From assembly GCF_009914755.1 (NCBI RefSeq), contig NC_060944.1: a DNA stretch of 64,000 nt. One strand, 5' to 3'. Both the position numbers and the translations under genes were made by a program. This document shows, piece after piece, positions 41,016 through 55,893 of this stretch (positions are counted from its first letter, which is position 1; the number at the start of each line of letters is the position of its first letter). The notes below the pieces were generated by a model. It made no database searches. It was given only the letters and a program-made list of their open reading frames with translations, and had not been told where the DNA came from. Source of the DNA: the human T2T-CHM13v2.0 reference genome, Homo sapiens.

Positions 41016-41682
41016 AAAACTGTCTGCTCTTCAGTAAGTTGTGTTTGCATTAAGAGAATATCTAGAAACCACCTACGGGAAGCAAGCATAGGCCACTTGG
41101 AAGAAGTTTCAAGAAGGAGAGCTGACCCCACCTTTGTACGCTGGCAGCACAAGGAGCCCTCAGTAAGTGTTACCCTTCCTTATCATGTGCTAAATGTTTA
41201 AGGCTTTGAGTCAGACAACTTCAAGATTGGTGATCTCTGTCAACCTCATGGCTTTGTCTAGAGGGTCAACTGAGAAAAGCAACAACGAGTTGGTGCATTT
41301 TTCAAGAGTCATGCAAGTAGTGTTGTCTTCCCTCTCTCTTTAGGCTTTGATGCTTTAGTCTTTACATTTACTGTAACACTGATCATGATCTGTTGTTTAT
41401 TCAAGTTATTTAGGCTGATGCTGCTAAAGCTAACTGTATTAAGGACCATTTTTAAAATTTCCAGTCCTTTTCAAGTAAATATTTTTGTAAAAGAAAAATT
41501 TTTTAAAATTACTGAAAAGAGGAAATGCGAAAATTATACACATTAGAAGTCAAAAGTGTTTACTGATAAATTTAGAAAATGTAAAACTAAATTTAAATAC
41601 ATATATCAGGACAGATATATGGAAGAAAAATAATTTCAGAAACTGTACTTGGTGTTTGCTGAATGTGTGCATTGGGGAATGA

Positions 41683-42845
<1,163 letters not shown>

Positions 42846-43129
42846 ATGTATATGTATGTGTATATATATGTATATCTCACAAGTGGTTAATAGAGAAAAT
42901 TGCTACTGTTATTGTCACTTTTGTCCTTCAATAACTATATTTGAAGTAAAATTTTGACTGAAATAAGAATTGAGTTTTTGAGCCATTTCAGCAATCTCAT
43001 GACAATAATTTTTTTAGCCTTAATCCAAAATGAAACAAGTGATGTGTTTTCAAAATGTATCTTCAATCCTTCAGCAAGAATCAGTTACATAATTTTCCTG
43101 TACAATTACAATTAAAAATAAATATTTTT

Positions 43130-43945
43130 AAAACTGTAATTGGTAATTAATATTTAACGTATTTATGGAACAAGTGTGATATTTTCTTACATGCATAGAA
43201 TATGTAATGGTCCAGTCAGGGTCTTTAGGGTAACCATTACCTCAAGTATTTGTGATATTCCATGTTTATCATTTCAAGTCTTCATGTGATTTTTGAAATA
43301 TGCAATACATTGTTAACGATAATCACTCTACTCTGCTATTGAACATTAGAACCTATTCCTTTTATCTAACTGTATGTTTGTGCTCATTAACTAACTTCTG
43401 TTCATCTCCCTGCACCCTTGCCACACACACTCTTCTCAGCCTCTGATATCAATCAATCTATTCGCTACTTCCATGAGATTAATTTTTTTAGCTCCCACGT
43501 ATATGTGATGACATGCAATATTTGTCTTTCTGTGCCTGGCCTACTTCACTTAACATAATGACCTCCAGTTCCATTCATGCTGCTGCAAATGACATGATTT
43601 ATGCTTTTTATGGCTGAATTATATCCCTTTGTGTATAGACATTACATTTTCTTTATCCATTGGTTTATTGATGAACACTTAGGTTGATTCCATATCTTTG
43701 CTATTGTGAATAATGCTGCAATAAACATGGGGGTGCAGATATCTTATTGAAATATTGATTTTATTTCCTTTAGATAAGTACCAAGTAGTGCAATTTCTGC
43801 ATAATATGGGTAGTTCTATTTTTAGTTTTACTCATTTATATTCCCAAAAATAGTGTATACAAGTTTTCTTTTCTCTACATCCTCAACGGCATCTGATATT
43901 TTTTGTCTTTTTAATAATAGTCATTCTAACCGAGGTTAAGATGAT
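43130..43945 (-). mobile_element. L1MA 3' end, copy 2
   Basis: Homology to 25040-25855. Confidence 0.85.
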
Positions 43946-44828
43946 ATCTAAATTATCTTTCAATGAAAGGAATGAGATCTGGATATATGAATATTAGTCA
44001 TGGACCTTCTTTTGACAGAAAAACATCAAAGTGTTATATAAATTTGTAAGGCTTTTGATGATAAATTTTGGCAGATGTCCAATATCAAGACCACCAACTA
44101 CTTTATTAATATGTGTCATTAAGTCATGGAATTTTCTGCAGAAACAGTATTATTCCAAGCTTCTAACTTGGGATTTTGCTCTTCGACCTCATCAGCCATG
44201 GAAAAAGATGTTGAATTTTTTCTTCCCAAAGCAATATTAAGACAATTGAAATGACTAAAAATATTAGACAAATGAGAAAGACTGGTTGTCCTATTCCATA
44301 TTAGGTCAGTATCAAATTGGTTGCTTAACTTGGAAACACTGAGTTCACTCCATAGTTCAAATATTCTCCACCAAATCTTTCCCCTCAATGACAATGTACC
44401 TCCACATACATTAACAGTTGTTTTTAACCAGCTTCCACATTATTGTCTACGAAAAATTTTGAATTAAAATTATTACCATTTATGGGATGCATATGTTTTA
44501 CTATGTCTGTAATCACAATGTTTAGTTCAACTAGATTTTTTGCTTTTATACAAATAACAAGAATTTCTCAAGCTTCTAAGTCTGGCTAATTATTCCAGAA
44601 CATGGCCCTACTGTGCTCAACAATTACATAGCTCCTTCCATTTGTAACTCACCACATGAATTTGACAACATTCTCCTGCTCTGTATCCCATTCAATAAAG
44701 CAATTCCGTTTGCTGAGACACAGTCAAATTGCACTAAAAGTTTTGAAACACTTGATCTCAACCATTGTATTAATCATATCCCAGGCCAGTAGGTAAATAT
44801 TCACCATGTATTAGTGGCCCACAGACCA

Positions 44829-45389
44829 CATCAGAGTTCATGCTGGTCCTAGGACAAGAGTCAAGCACACCCTGCGTCCACCAGCTACTGGTAGCTGTCA
44901 CTCAGGTAATGCACAGCTGAACAGAACCCAGTTCTCTCTCTTGCCTAGGTCCCCATCAATACATTAGTTCTGAATGATGCTGTGAATCTCTCTCAATACA
45001 AGGTCATAATCCTAACCCAGATGATTCCAAGATGGTGCTTCTTTCCCCACCATGATAACCTTTCTGCAACATCCTTGACCATTCCCACCATTATTTCTAT
45101 TTCCCCTCTAAGAACATGTGGGTATATCTGGATCCCATTCATGTCATATGTGAACTGAGGACAGCTTGAGGACATTCAGTGTCAAGCCCTCTCTTCTTAT
45201 GCCTTTATCACTGTGACATTTTCTCCTCCCAGGATCCCAAATGGGAAATAGGTCTTGAAAGGGATATCAGACACATGTCTGACCATGCGTCTCACCATTA
45301 CATCAGTCTTTGGCCACTGTAGGAGCACCATTGCCCATCACCATATTAAAAGTGGCCACCTGCAGTCTTCCTTCCTTAGAGTGCATGCA
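44829..45389 (-). pseudogene. PNMA-like relic D: partial near-identical copy of 52544-53109
   Basis: About 22 differences in about 560 nt by hand count; contains the AMVLLQ / D*CNGE segment. Confidence 0.75.
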
Positions 45390-45496
45390 TACAAAAAAGA
45401 TACTTGCTTATGCATGTTTATAGCAGCACAATTGCAATTTCAAAAATGTGGAACCAACCCAGGTGCCCATCAATCAACAAGCGGATAAAGATACTG

Positions 45497-45535
<39 letters not shown>

Positions 45536-45882
45536 GGAATACTACTAAGCCATAAAAAGGAATGAATTAATGGCATTCACAGCAAACTGGATGAGATTGG
45601 AGACCATTATTCTAAGTGAAGTAACTCAGAAATGGAAAACCAAACATCAGTTATGAGCTCCCACTCATAAATGGAGCTAAGCTATGAGGATGCAAAGGCA
45701 TAAGAATGATACAGTGGACTTTGGGGACACAGGGGGAAAGGATGGGACAGGGATGAGGGATAGGAGACTGCAGATTGGAAGATGCATGCACCAAAATCTC
45801 ACAGATGACCACTAAAGAAATTACTTGTGTAACCAAATACCACCTTTTCCCCAAAAACCTGTGGAAATAAAAACTTTTAAAA
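45390..45882 (+). mobile_element. L1PB 3' end with internal (TA)n (about 45498-45532)
   Basis: L1PB 3' UTR followed by the same unique flank as at 30636. Confidence 0.88.
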
Positions 45883-46739
45883 AGACATCCATTATTGTCA
45901 TTTCATTCAATTGAATACCATTTATACATATAATTTTGTATTTTAAGCAAGTTAGGGAATCAATGGTAACTTATTTATGTTTAGTTGTAAACTTGTTTAT
46001 AAGTATATAAATACAATATTGGAAACTTGTAAGTATGTTTACTATCTGACCCTTCACAGAAAGTCATGGACCCCTGCACTGGATGGTCCATTACAACTTC
46101 CATATTCTAGTTTTTCAAAATCCTTTTCTGCTGCCATTCTTACTAAGGGAAATTTGAGTCGATGGCAGGAAAAAAAAAAAGTGAATTTTTACCATGACTG
46201 CAGAGATTTTCCTAAGGCAACTTTCCATTCCAGAAACTCCACCTGTGGTCATGGAAAAGGGCCTTTGCTCTGGCAGACCCCAGTCACTCATTGGAAATGC
46301 TCCTTCAACAAGCTCCACATTAGCTCCCCTGGATTTTACAGGCTCAAACAATTAAATCATAGTGTCTCTGACAGTAAGCCAGCTTTTAAAATCAGTCCCG
46401 TAACTAATGCTGAGTGGAAAGAGAAGCTGAGCTCAGTAAGTAGTATTTCTCACTCTTTGTTATGAACCATGTGTCCTTTCATTTTTTAATATTAATTATG
46501 TATGGCAATTGTTTTCTATATTATAGATTATTGTGAAAGGCTCCAGGCTTTTAAGAGAAACATTTGAACGTATAGCTGCCAAAAGCACTTTGAGATTAAA
46601 GTAGGGCTGGTGGAGATAGAGGTCCCTAAGCTCTCATTAAATGACAGCCTTTCAGAGAATTATCATTCTTCATCTTATGTCTTGGTCTAAGCAGCAGAGT
46701 CTCGTTACGGGGAAGTTTATAATAGATTAAATTTACAAC

Positions 46740-46815
46740 TGTTACATCAGTGCCTAATATGGTGCTAGGCATATAGTAGACACTCATTAAATGTCTGTTG
46801 GATGAATGAGTGGTC
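46740..46815 (+). mobile_element. L2 3' end
   Basis: cagtgccta..atggtgc..ggcatatagtag.cactca..aaatgt.tgttg.atgaatga. Confidence 0.7.
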
Positions 46816-47329
46816 TGTGATGGGTGCTTTCCATTGAATCTCAGCCCTCTGGAAACTTTAAATGTAAGAAAAAGTACTGCCGTGGGCATTTGGTAATGAG
46901 CGTCTGGACAGCAGCATGAAAAAGTCCAGACATAAATGAGCAGCGAGTTACCACACTTAGAGACCTGCACAGGGGCCACGGGGCGTGGGTCTGGAGGGCT
47001 TCAGGGGTGCACAACAAATAATGAATGACTAGCTTCACTGGAGTCTTATTTATGCTCAGTTGGTGACATTAGCTTCAGGTAAACTATCTTGTCTTCTTTA
47101 ACCCTGTGGGCAGCCCTACTAAGTACTTGCTATAAGAATTTTCTCATGGCTTTTGGTTTTTGCTTATCTTCAATTCCCTAACAAGGATTTAAATAGAATC
47201 AAGACATCATTATATAAACCTTCTTGTATGGCAGTCAAAGGGACTTTCCAAGTTAACAAATAACTATTTTTTCCAAAAAATGCATACGTAAAAGCTGATT
47301 CATGAATTCGCTATTTATTCTTCATTCTT

Positions 47330-48150
47330 GATATTTGTTGCTTTCTTTTGTTGTGCAATATCTAATATTTACTGAAAGACATGAATGATACAATGAAAAC
47401 ATATTTACATATTATGCATCTTGAGAAATAAAACATTTTCAATCCATTCGAAGTCCCATGCGGTCTTACTCTTGATTATATAGCTCTTTCTCCCAGCTAG
47501 AGATAACAACTACCTTGACTTCCCTTAAAATATATAGTATTGTTTACAAACTTATGGTCTTTATGTGACTGGTATCATAATTTGGATATTCTTTTGCAAA
47601 TTATTTCATTAATATTACATTTTTGAAGTTTAGCCTTACTGATACATGTGGCTGTTGTTTAGTATTTCATTGTATGAATATAACATGATATTTTTATTCA
47701 TTTCACTTTTGATTAATATTTAGGTTCTTTGCACATTTTTATTCCTATTACAAACAACATTTTAATGAACATTCATATACAAGTCTCTTTGTGGACATTG
47801 CAAGAGTTTCTCTAAAGTTGGAAATTAATAATAACAACATTTATACTACTACTACTGATAAAATCTGCAACTTATTAAAAGCTAAAAATGTTACTTCTAA
47901 GTATTTTACATATATCACTTTATCCTTACATCAATGCTGTAAGAGAGATAAAATTATTGTCACCATTTTACAGATATAGAAAACATAAGTGGGCGATTGC
48001 TGGATGATATGCAAATTTTCAATTTTACCAAATATATCAAATAATTCTTCAATGGTTTCAAACAGTTTCCACTCTCATTAATGGTATATAAATATTAATA
48101 TGTATTTTTGTAGCACTTGATCATGTCAGGTTTTCAAAATTTGTTTGAAA
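47330..48150 (-). mobile_element. Old L1M fragment with a nested MIR (about 47825-47990)
   Basis: Degenerate L1 3' motifs; ccattttacagat MIR core. Confidence 0.55.
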
Positions 48151-50254
48151 ACATTTATAAAGATAAATAATATATATTCATGTATTATTTGTGTAAATGC
48201 TCAGAAAAGAGAGAAAGACAGAGATATCAAAATAAATTCTTTCTTAGACATGGTGGAAAAGGAAGGAGATCACAAAGTTTGGGAGATGAGAACACAGTAA
48301 AATGCCCTTAAGAGAGTCCAAAACATTATTAATCACCTGGCACATGCCTGTGCAAGGAGTGAAGGCATACAACTACAAAGTCTTTGTTTTCTCAATGCTT
48401 AAGGGGCTACTGAACACACTAACAGGAAAAGTCTGAATGAAAAATCCGAGGATAGAAAATCCCATCACCTCATTCAATGCTTTCCCAGCTTGAACATTGT
48501 AATTTCTCAGTGAGTGCTGTATGTGCTCTGAATACTTTCACGTTTTCCTTTTAGTTGTGGGTCATAAAGGAGCAGGTTTTACCTCCTTTAGTTGGGAAAT
48601 AGCACAGAGAAAGCTCAGCACTTTTTTAAAACCTAAAATGTTCACTTTTCTCCAGCATGTATTAATTTTCTTGCATGTCCCATAAAAGGAAAGAATGTTT
48701 ATTATGCATGCCTGATTGAGGGAGAGATATACTGAAATTATGAAGACAGGAGATTAAGGATCTTTACAACCATGGTCACATCAAATGAAAATAAAACTTT
48801 CCAGCCCATGGAGGCTGTGGGAAATGCCGTTTTCCACTAACCAATATTAACACTTGAAGCACATAGGGACCTTAAAGTCCCACCAAATGGAAATTCCCAC
48901 AGTGCGGGAAGTGGGCTTTATACCACAGGGACAGCTGATTCCCTCCTCATCAAAGAGACCCTCTGTGTTCAGCAGATTTCAGAGACTCTGGCATTTTTGT
49001 AAGGGAGTTATGCAAACATGCTTGACTAAGTAAAAGGGTAAGACCGGTTTTGCAAAGAAATAAAAAATCAGGCCATAAAATTTTAAGATATGCTCACAAC
49101 AACAAAACTATATTTTAGTCACACACCCTATGGTTTTATGGGAAATGCCTTTCCCTACTGAAAACTTAGAGGTACTATCACCTCTATAAACTACTACCCC
49201 CTAATCCTCAAAGGGAGAATTTAAGAACTCTGAAAGTTCTGATCCTCTGTTGAATTTTATAGAAGAAGCTTTACAAGGCCATGAACCACCCCTTCTGATT
49301 CTCTAATTCTGGAGAAAACATCAACAGCAGCAACAAAAGATTCCTTCTTTTGTTTCTCAGTCCCACTGAGTTTGAAAAGGTCTCTGAGTTCTTCAAACAT
49401 CAATCTGGATTACTTAGTGGACAAAATTTAAAAGATAAATAAATAAATAACTCTTCCTGGCATTTGAGTTATAAAGAGACACCCAGGTTTGGTGTCACTG
49501 TTATTGGTTAAATCCCCTCAGCTCAGGGAGGGAATGTATTCTCTTCCTCTTTCCTGAAACAAAGGAAACATATTTCATGTTGGATGCTTGGTTATGGAGG
49601 GATCAGTTTCCAAGTGATTTAGTGATTATAAGCCAGTCCTTATTCCCCCATGAAACTACTCGAAAGTTGACATTTGCCATGATATTCAAATGAAAGAGAA
49701 GAAAAAAAAGAGTAGCTCATTTAGAAAATGCATTTCCCTTTGTCTATGTCTTAATAAAGCCATTGTGTCTATTCTCCATTAGGAGATCTGTGTCTGAGCT
49801 CTCCTAAATTACCTGAGAGCTTAGACTGTAACACGTGACTCGAGAAGAGCCTCTTCCATTAAAGACTATGCCAACTAACAGAACTTCAGCTCATGTTGTA
49901 TTCAGAAGTGAATGTCTGAAGTCATTATATATTTTAGTTTCAAAAAAATGATTTTGAGAGGCATACTATTATTCAAGAGTGTGTTTATCCTGTGATAAGT
50001 TTCTGGAAGCATCATTTGATACTTGTCTTCTTTTTACATGGAGTGGGAGGTTGAGGTCCAGAGATACATAAAAGAATAGGGAAGGTATGTGAAGTGCTGA
50101 AAACAAGGGAGAGAAAAAAACAGAGAGAGAATCAATGAGAAAGACAGCAATTGAACAGGTCTTAAAATGTCTCATTCCTCCCTAATAAATTAGCATATAT
50201 AGGAAATCTCAGTTTTTTTAAGGAGCATGAAGGGTAGGGCATGAAGGGTGGATG

Positions 50255-50617
50255 GCTTAGCTTAGTCCATTTTCTGCTGTTGTAAAACAGTACCAGACTG
50301 GGTAATTTATAAAGAACAGAAGCTTATTTGGCTCATGGTTCCAGAGGCTGGGAAATCCAACATCTAGGGGCTACACAGTGAGGGCCTTTTTGCTGTATCA
50401 CAGCATGGCAGAAGGCAATACATGGTAAGGGACAGAGAGAGAAAAGGGAGATCAGACTGAGATAACTAACCCACTCCTGCAATAGTAAGCATTCACCCAT
50501 TCATAGGGGCAAAGTTTTCATGATCTAGTCACCTCCTAATGGTCCCACCTGTTAATTGCATCACAATGTCAATTAAATTTCAACAGGAGTTTTGGAGGGG
50601 ACATTCAAACCATAGCA
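50255..50617 (-). mobile_element. MST-type MaLR solo LTR
   Basis: agactgggtaatttataaagaacaga...acattcaaaccatagca. Confidence 0.85.
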
Positions 50618-50711
50618 GTGGGAAGGAAGAGTTCTGAACCTAAGGAAGCCCACAAGTGAGGCAACAAATCCAACTTCAAGAGTCAAAAATTAAAGCTAAT
50701 ATTGCTGGTTG

Positions 50712-51155
50712 TTGTCTTAGTTTGACATCCCATAGAGGCAGACCCTGATGCAGGGATTTGAGGACAATTAGCATATCTCTGAGGCAAAGGAAACACAAGT
50801 AGGACAGTGAGGAAGTGAGACACAGAAGGGAAATCAACCATAATGATAATAAAATCCAGCCAGCACTGGAGTGACTGGGACTCAGTCCCATCAGAGAATT
50901 CTGGGAGTTAGTGCAGAACAGATGCCTCAAAGGTCTTCCCTCTCTGGGGGTAAGAGAGCTGGGATACTCATTGACTGCTGCTTCTAGGGGTATTCATTTT
51001 GACACTTTCAGCACTGTCCATGAGCAGGCTCAGCCAGGCTTGCTCACCAGAGAAAGCTCCCAGGCACAGTGATATAGGCATTGGCAGCTGGAATCTATGA
51101 GTATACACTGAAGTGAGGGGAGGGAGGGTGGATGAGCACCAGCAGTGTCAGCTAC
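50712..51155 (-). mobile_element. MLT1-type LTR (paralog of 1835-2295)
   Basis: tgtcttagtttg...gcagaccctga...ggaagtgagaca. Confidence 0.65.
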
Positions 51156-52439
51156 ATTTGTGCAGGGCTAAATATAAAGAAAGGGTTCTGCAACTCCCAC
51201 TTTGTATCATACCCACAAAGCAGCTGACTTCCATGTTGCACAAGCTATTTTATAGATACATCACTTCATGTGACAGATTATGAAGCACAATTAATCAGGG
51301 GCCAATTGAATTTTAATACTGCCTCCTTTAATGACCTAGCAGGGCACAAAAGCTCTAGAAATACAAAGCTGCAGAGGATGGACGTGTTCTGCCTTTCATT
51401 TCTCAAGACAGATTTGCAATGATCAAGAGGCGTCCTGTGAATGCAGTTTGCAAAGGACTTAGGCACACAGCATCTCCTTTGTTCTCACCACAAGGCTGCC
51501 GGGTGTGCAGATGTGAGGATTATTTCAATGGTGAAGAAGCATCCTGAGAGGTTACGTAGTTCAACTAATGTCACACCAAGAGGTATGGACTTGACCCACT
51601 TTCTTCTTTCTGTTTTCTTCTTCCCACCATACCTTGCTGCATTATAAGACTACTGCCAGTTCAGGGAAGATTTTAGCTAAAGTTAATTTAAGGCCTCCAA
51701 GAATATTTGAAACTATGTGCTATATCTAAAAATATATAAAAATGATGATAAAATATAAAGTTGTGTTTCAATTTCTGACACACTGGTAGTTATAATATAC
51801 AGATACAATAATGACTAAATCTCTAATTTCTGTCATCTGAAGTTGATTCTAGAGCACTTACTACTTGGAGAGTATTAAATATAAAATGAGCCTGAACTCT
51901 TCCTTATGGCATCATTGCCACTGCATTTGGAGAGTCTTCTAGGTTCACAGATTTTTGACCCACTTTCTTTAGCAAAAGCTCAGGAAGTAAAGTCACACAT
52001 TTACTCACATTGCACTCAAATGTGTGGAGAAAAGACAGCATCTTTATTTCTCTAAAATGGACTTTTGGCTTCTCATAAGTGCCATCTGCTGGGTTGTATG
52101 TGTATGTCCTTGTGAATGTACAAGTAGGTTCAGAGGCATTAGAATTCTCAAACCTTTTGGTTGAAGCCTAACATATTTAAAGGACTGTGCAAATGTCTTA
52201 AATATACATCTCCATGATTTTTCACAAAATAAAGACAGGGAGTCAGCTCTCAGAGCAAGAAATAGAACATCATCAGCACAGCAAAACCACCACGCCCCTG
52301 CCATCTCTGTTACTATATCTTAGAGTGGGAGTAATTGACATAATCCAGTCTAGTAACCTAGGTCTGATTTAATATCTTAATCATGCATAAACTATTCATT
52401 ATGTAAAACACCCACTCTGTCAGACTGTGCCACTCTCTC

Positions 52440-53061
52440 CCTTCTCTGCCCTCAGCAGGAGAGCATCTGGGCATTTGGACATGGAAGGTGTGGGGCACAA
52501 GCATCTCATGGCCAGGGAACGGGGGAGGAGCATCTCAGAGCTGCATCAGAGTTCATGCTGGTCCTAGGACAAGAGTCAAGCACACCCTGCTTTCACCAGC
52601 TGCTGGTAGCTTTCACTCAGGTAATGCACAGCTGAACAGAACCCAGTTCTTTCTCTTGACTGGGCCCCCATCAATACATTAGCTCCGAATGATGCTGTGA
52701 ACCTCTCTCAGTACAAGTTCCTAATCCTAACCCAGATGATTCCAAGATGGTGCTTCTTTCCCCACCATGATAACCTTTCTGCAACATCCTTGACCATTCT
52801 CACCATTATTTCTATTTCCCCTCTTTAAGAACATGTGGGTATATCTGGATCCCATTCATGTCATATGTGAACTAAGGATAGCTTGAGGACATTCAGTGTC
52901 AAGCCCTCTCGTCTTATGCCTTTATCACTGTGACATTTTCTCCTCCCAGGATCCCAAATGCGAAATAGGTCTTGAAAGGGATATCAGACACATGTCTGAC
53001 CATGCGTCTCACCATTACATCAGTCTTTGGCCACTGTAGGAGCACCATTGCCCATCGCCAT
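52440..53061 (-). pseudogene. PNMA-like relic E
   Basis: ATG 53061 MAM / AMVLLQ; KD*CNGETHGQTCV (cf. PNMA3 LLQDWCRGEHLNTRRCM); FGILG (cf. LGIPE); RMVKDVAERL (cf. TVQDVARVL); IWVRIRNLY (cf. IWYKRLTLF); PSMSKCPDAL (cf. ITTAECLKAL). Confidence 0.75.
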
Positions 53062-54670
53062 ATTAAAAGTGGCCACCTGCAGAGTCTTCCTTCCTTAGAG
53101 TCTATGCAGAAGCCCAAGAAACAGGCTGCAGCCCCAGTAATCTGGGGCTACTCTATACCTCTCTGGATGAACTTAACCTGCCACATTCCTGGGGGTAAGA
53201 ACTTCAAGAACTGACATGTTCACTCCCTCCAATATCTGCCTTCCTTCCTTTTCTGACTTTGGATATGTAAAGTGATGATCTTCAGGCTTGGCTCTCATCT
53301 TTATTGTATTATAGCCTATCCTATCCCACTGAGCTTTTCTTTCTTCCACTGCATATCCAACCACTCCTCTCTTAGTGGTCCTAGACAGGAGGGGTCTTCT
53401 TTGCTGTAGAAGAAAGCCTGTGATCTCAGCCTGTAGGTGCAACTCTTAGTCTGCTCAATGGGGCCTACAGGAACCTTAGAAAATCTTTTCTCTCATAATA
53501 GAGGCTGACTCTCAAGGTTCTTATTAAACAACAACAATTTTGCAAGTCATGTTGTTCTCTTTGGATTTCTGCTATAGCAATTCTAATGTCTCTTCATCCT
53601 CCCATCCCCTACTCTCCACTTCACCAATCTTCCCAAGGCAATGGATGCTTCAGGCTGACTATGGAGAAGGCAATATAGTTAAAAACAGAAAAGAGAAAAA
53701 TGTGTCAATATGTCTCAAAATATTAATCCCAACATACACAAATAAAGTAGTAAGTTGCATGAAGAGTAATTTTAGCATTTCACCCAATATTCCTGCATTT
53801 ATGCAGAACCATGCATTGTAACTAAAGAACTCTAATTTACTAGCTTCGGAAGCATTGAGTTAAGAAGATTTTTTTAAAAAGTCAGCAGACATTCATGTTT
53901 ATATGATCCTTTATTGTTTAAAGATGTTTTCACATAAATGATCTCATTTGATCCTCACAAAATGAAGTAAGTTTTGCTGTCTTCATTTGGAGGCTGACAA
54001 AGGCTAAACTATTTGCCACCAGTGTATAGTGATACAGTGAGATCAAAAAATAATCTTTCATTTTGAAACATACCTTTCATGTAAGTCTGAAAGTAAAAAC
54101 TGAAACTAGGAGTTTGAGCTAGACTCGCGGCTTTGAGAAGAACCTTCTTTGTGAACCACTTTCATCATGAGATGTAAATCAAATAGGAGCCCATTATCCT
54201 TTGGGAAACTCTGAATATTGTCAAAAATCTCTAAATTCAAATGCATCAGAATGTTCTTAAAATGCGTACGGCATGGTTGTGGATGGTGCATCCTTGCAGA
54301 GGTTAATAAAAAGTGCAAAGTGATGTTTTCCTTCCTCTGGCAATAACCAGAGGCAGGACTTGGGGCTCTTTCACTCTGGAGAACATTAAAAACTTGGACT
54401 CTTTTCGGGACACAAATGTGAAAACCAGCAGGTTTTCAGTGTTCTAGCAGCTGTGCCCAAAGAGAAATCAGAGATAAATGGCAGCTGAGGAATTCTTTTA
54501 ACAAGGAGAAGCTGGGATTGTATCTGTGAGCTTCTGTTTTGCACATTGTACTTACATTCCTTACGTTATTTTCAAGTACCAGCAGTGTCTAATTCATAGC
54601 CATTTTGGAACTGAGCTTAAAGGAATCTTCTTATCCACATTCTTTGGCAAAACAGACCAGAGAGAATAAT

Positions 54671-55107
54671 TGTAGGAGATTGGTCAGGGTGGTGGGAGAA
54701 ACTGTAGGAAAAACGCAAACCTTCTTGGAAGGCCATGGGGGTTTTGCAAAGCTTCGGGGAAGAATGAGCAGTTCTTACCCTGGGGCAAAGGGCGAGAAGT
54801 AGGTACAAAGGAATGCAGGGGAGTTTATCAGAATAGGTTGTTTACTCATATCTCCAGAAACCGGGCCTTTAATCATCCACGCAATTACCCACAAGTGTAT
54901 TGACTCAAGGCCTTTGTCATTAAATCTACACTGAATAAATGCCCGCAGTGCCAGCTGGTCAGGGCCACAGCTGCTGACTCTTTACAGTACCCTCTTTGGG
55001 GTCTGTGGGTGGCCCTGGTCTCCTAGCCCACTCTTTCACTAGATACCTGTGTCTGAGTGCATTTGTTCATCTGTCATTCAGCCAGGGTCTGTGGGTCAGA
55101 CCTGGCA
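54671..55107 (+). mobile_element. LTR22-like solo LTR (HERV-K HML-5)
   Basis: Starts tgtaggagattggtcagggtggtggga, ends ..ggca, perfect 6-bp TSD aataat. Confidence 0.85.
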
Positions 55108-55134
55108 AATAATTATGGTGTGAAGAAGGGGTCA

Positions 55135-55430
<296 letters not shown>

Positions 55431-55837
55431 GGAGGGGTCACAGACCTGAAGAAGGAGATAGATGGCGCCTCAGTCTGGAGCATGATGTGTTGAGGGCACA
55501 GATGGGCACATGGAACATTCCAGCACTCCTCAGGGTTCTCAGAATACCTGCTGACATCACAGAGGGGTCAGCTTGTAGACCACTGGACAGCAAAGGAAAG
55601 GGGACCTCTCATGCTGGAAATGGATTGGAAGCAGAATAAGTCGTTTTTTCAGTAATTGTCTAGGCCATGTGTATTAGCCAAAAATAAATTTAAATCTGTA
55701 GTTAAATATTCTGTTTCTCACAGATATCCTTTAAAATACATTAAAGGATAGCATCATATTGTCCAAAATAATAAGTGGGTTTTGATGTCTTTTTCTCTGT
55801 TCGCAGGCCACCTCTCTTTGCCAGTCTTGACAAATAA

Positions 55838-55893
55838 TTTCTTAGTGAAGCACCTATTTCAGGCTGAGCCACAAGATGTCAGCCTAAGCTTAG
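55838..55893 (+). promoter_or_regulatory. Putative CTCF site, copy 2
   Basis: Identical 27-mer and identical upstream 13-mer at the same spacing as 10728-10783. Confidence 0.65.

Noticed and set aside
45977-46465. 162-aa ORF
   Set aside because: Non-ATG start, crosses mosaic junctions and a MITE remnant, and shows no recognisable domain.
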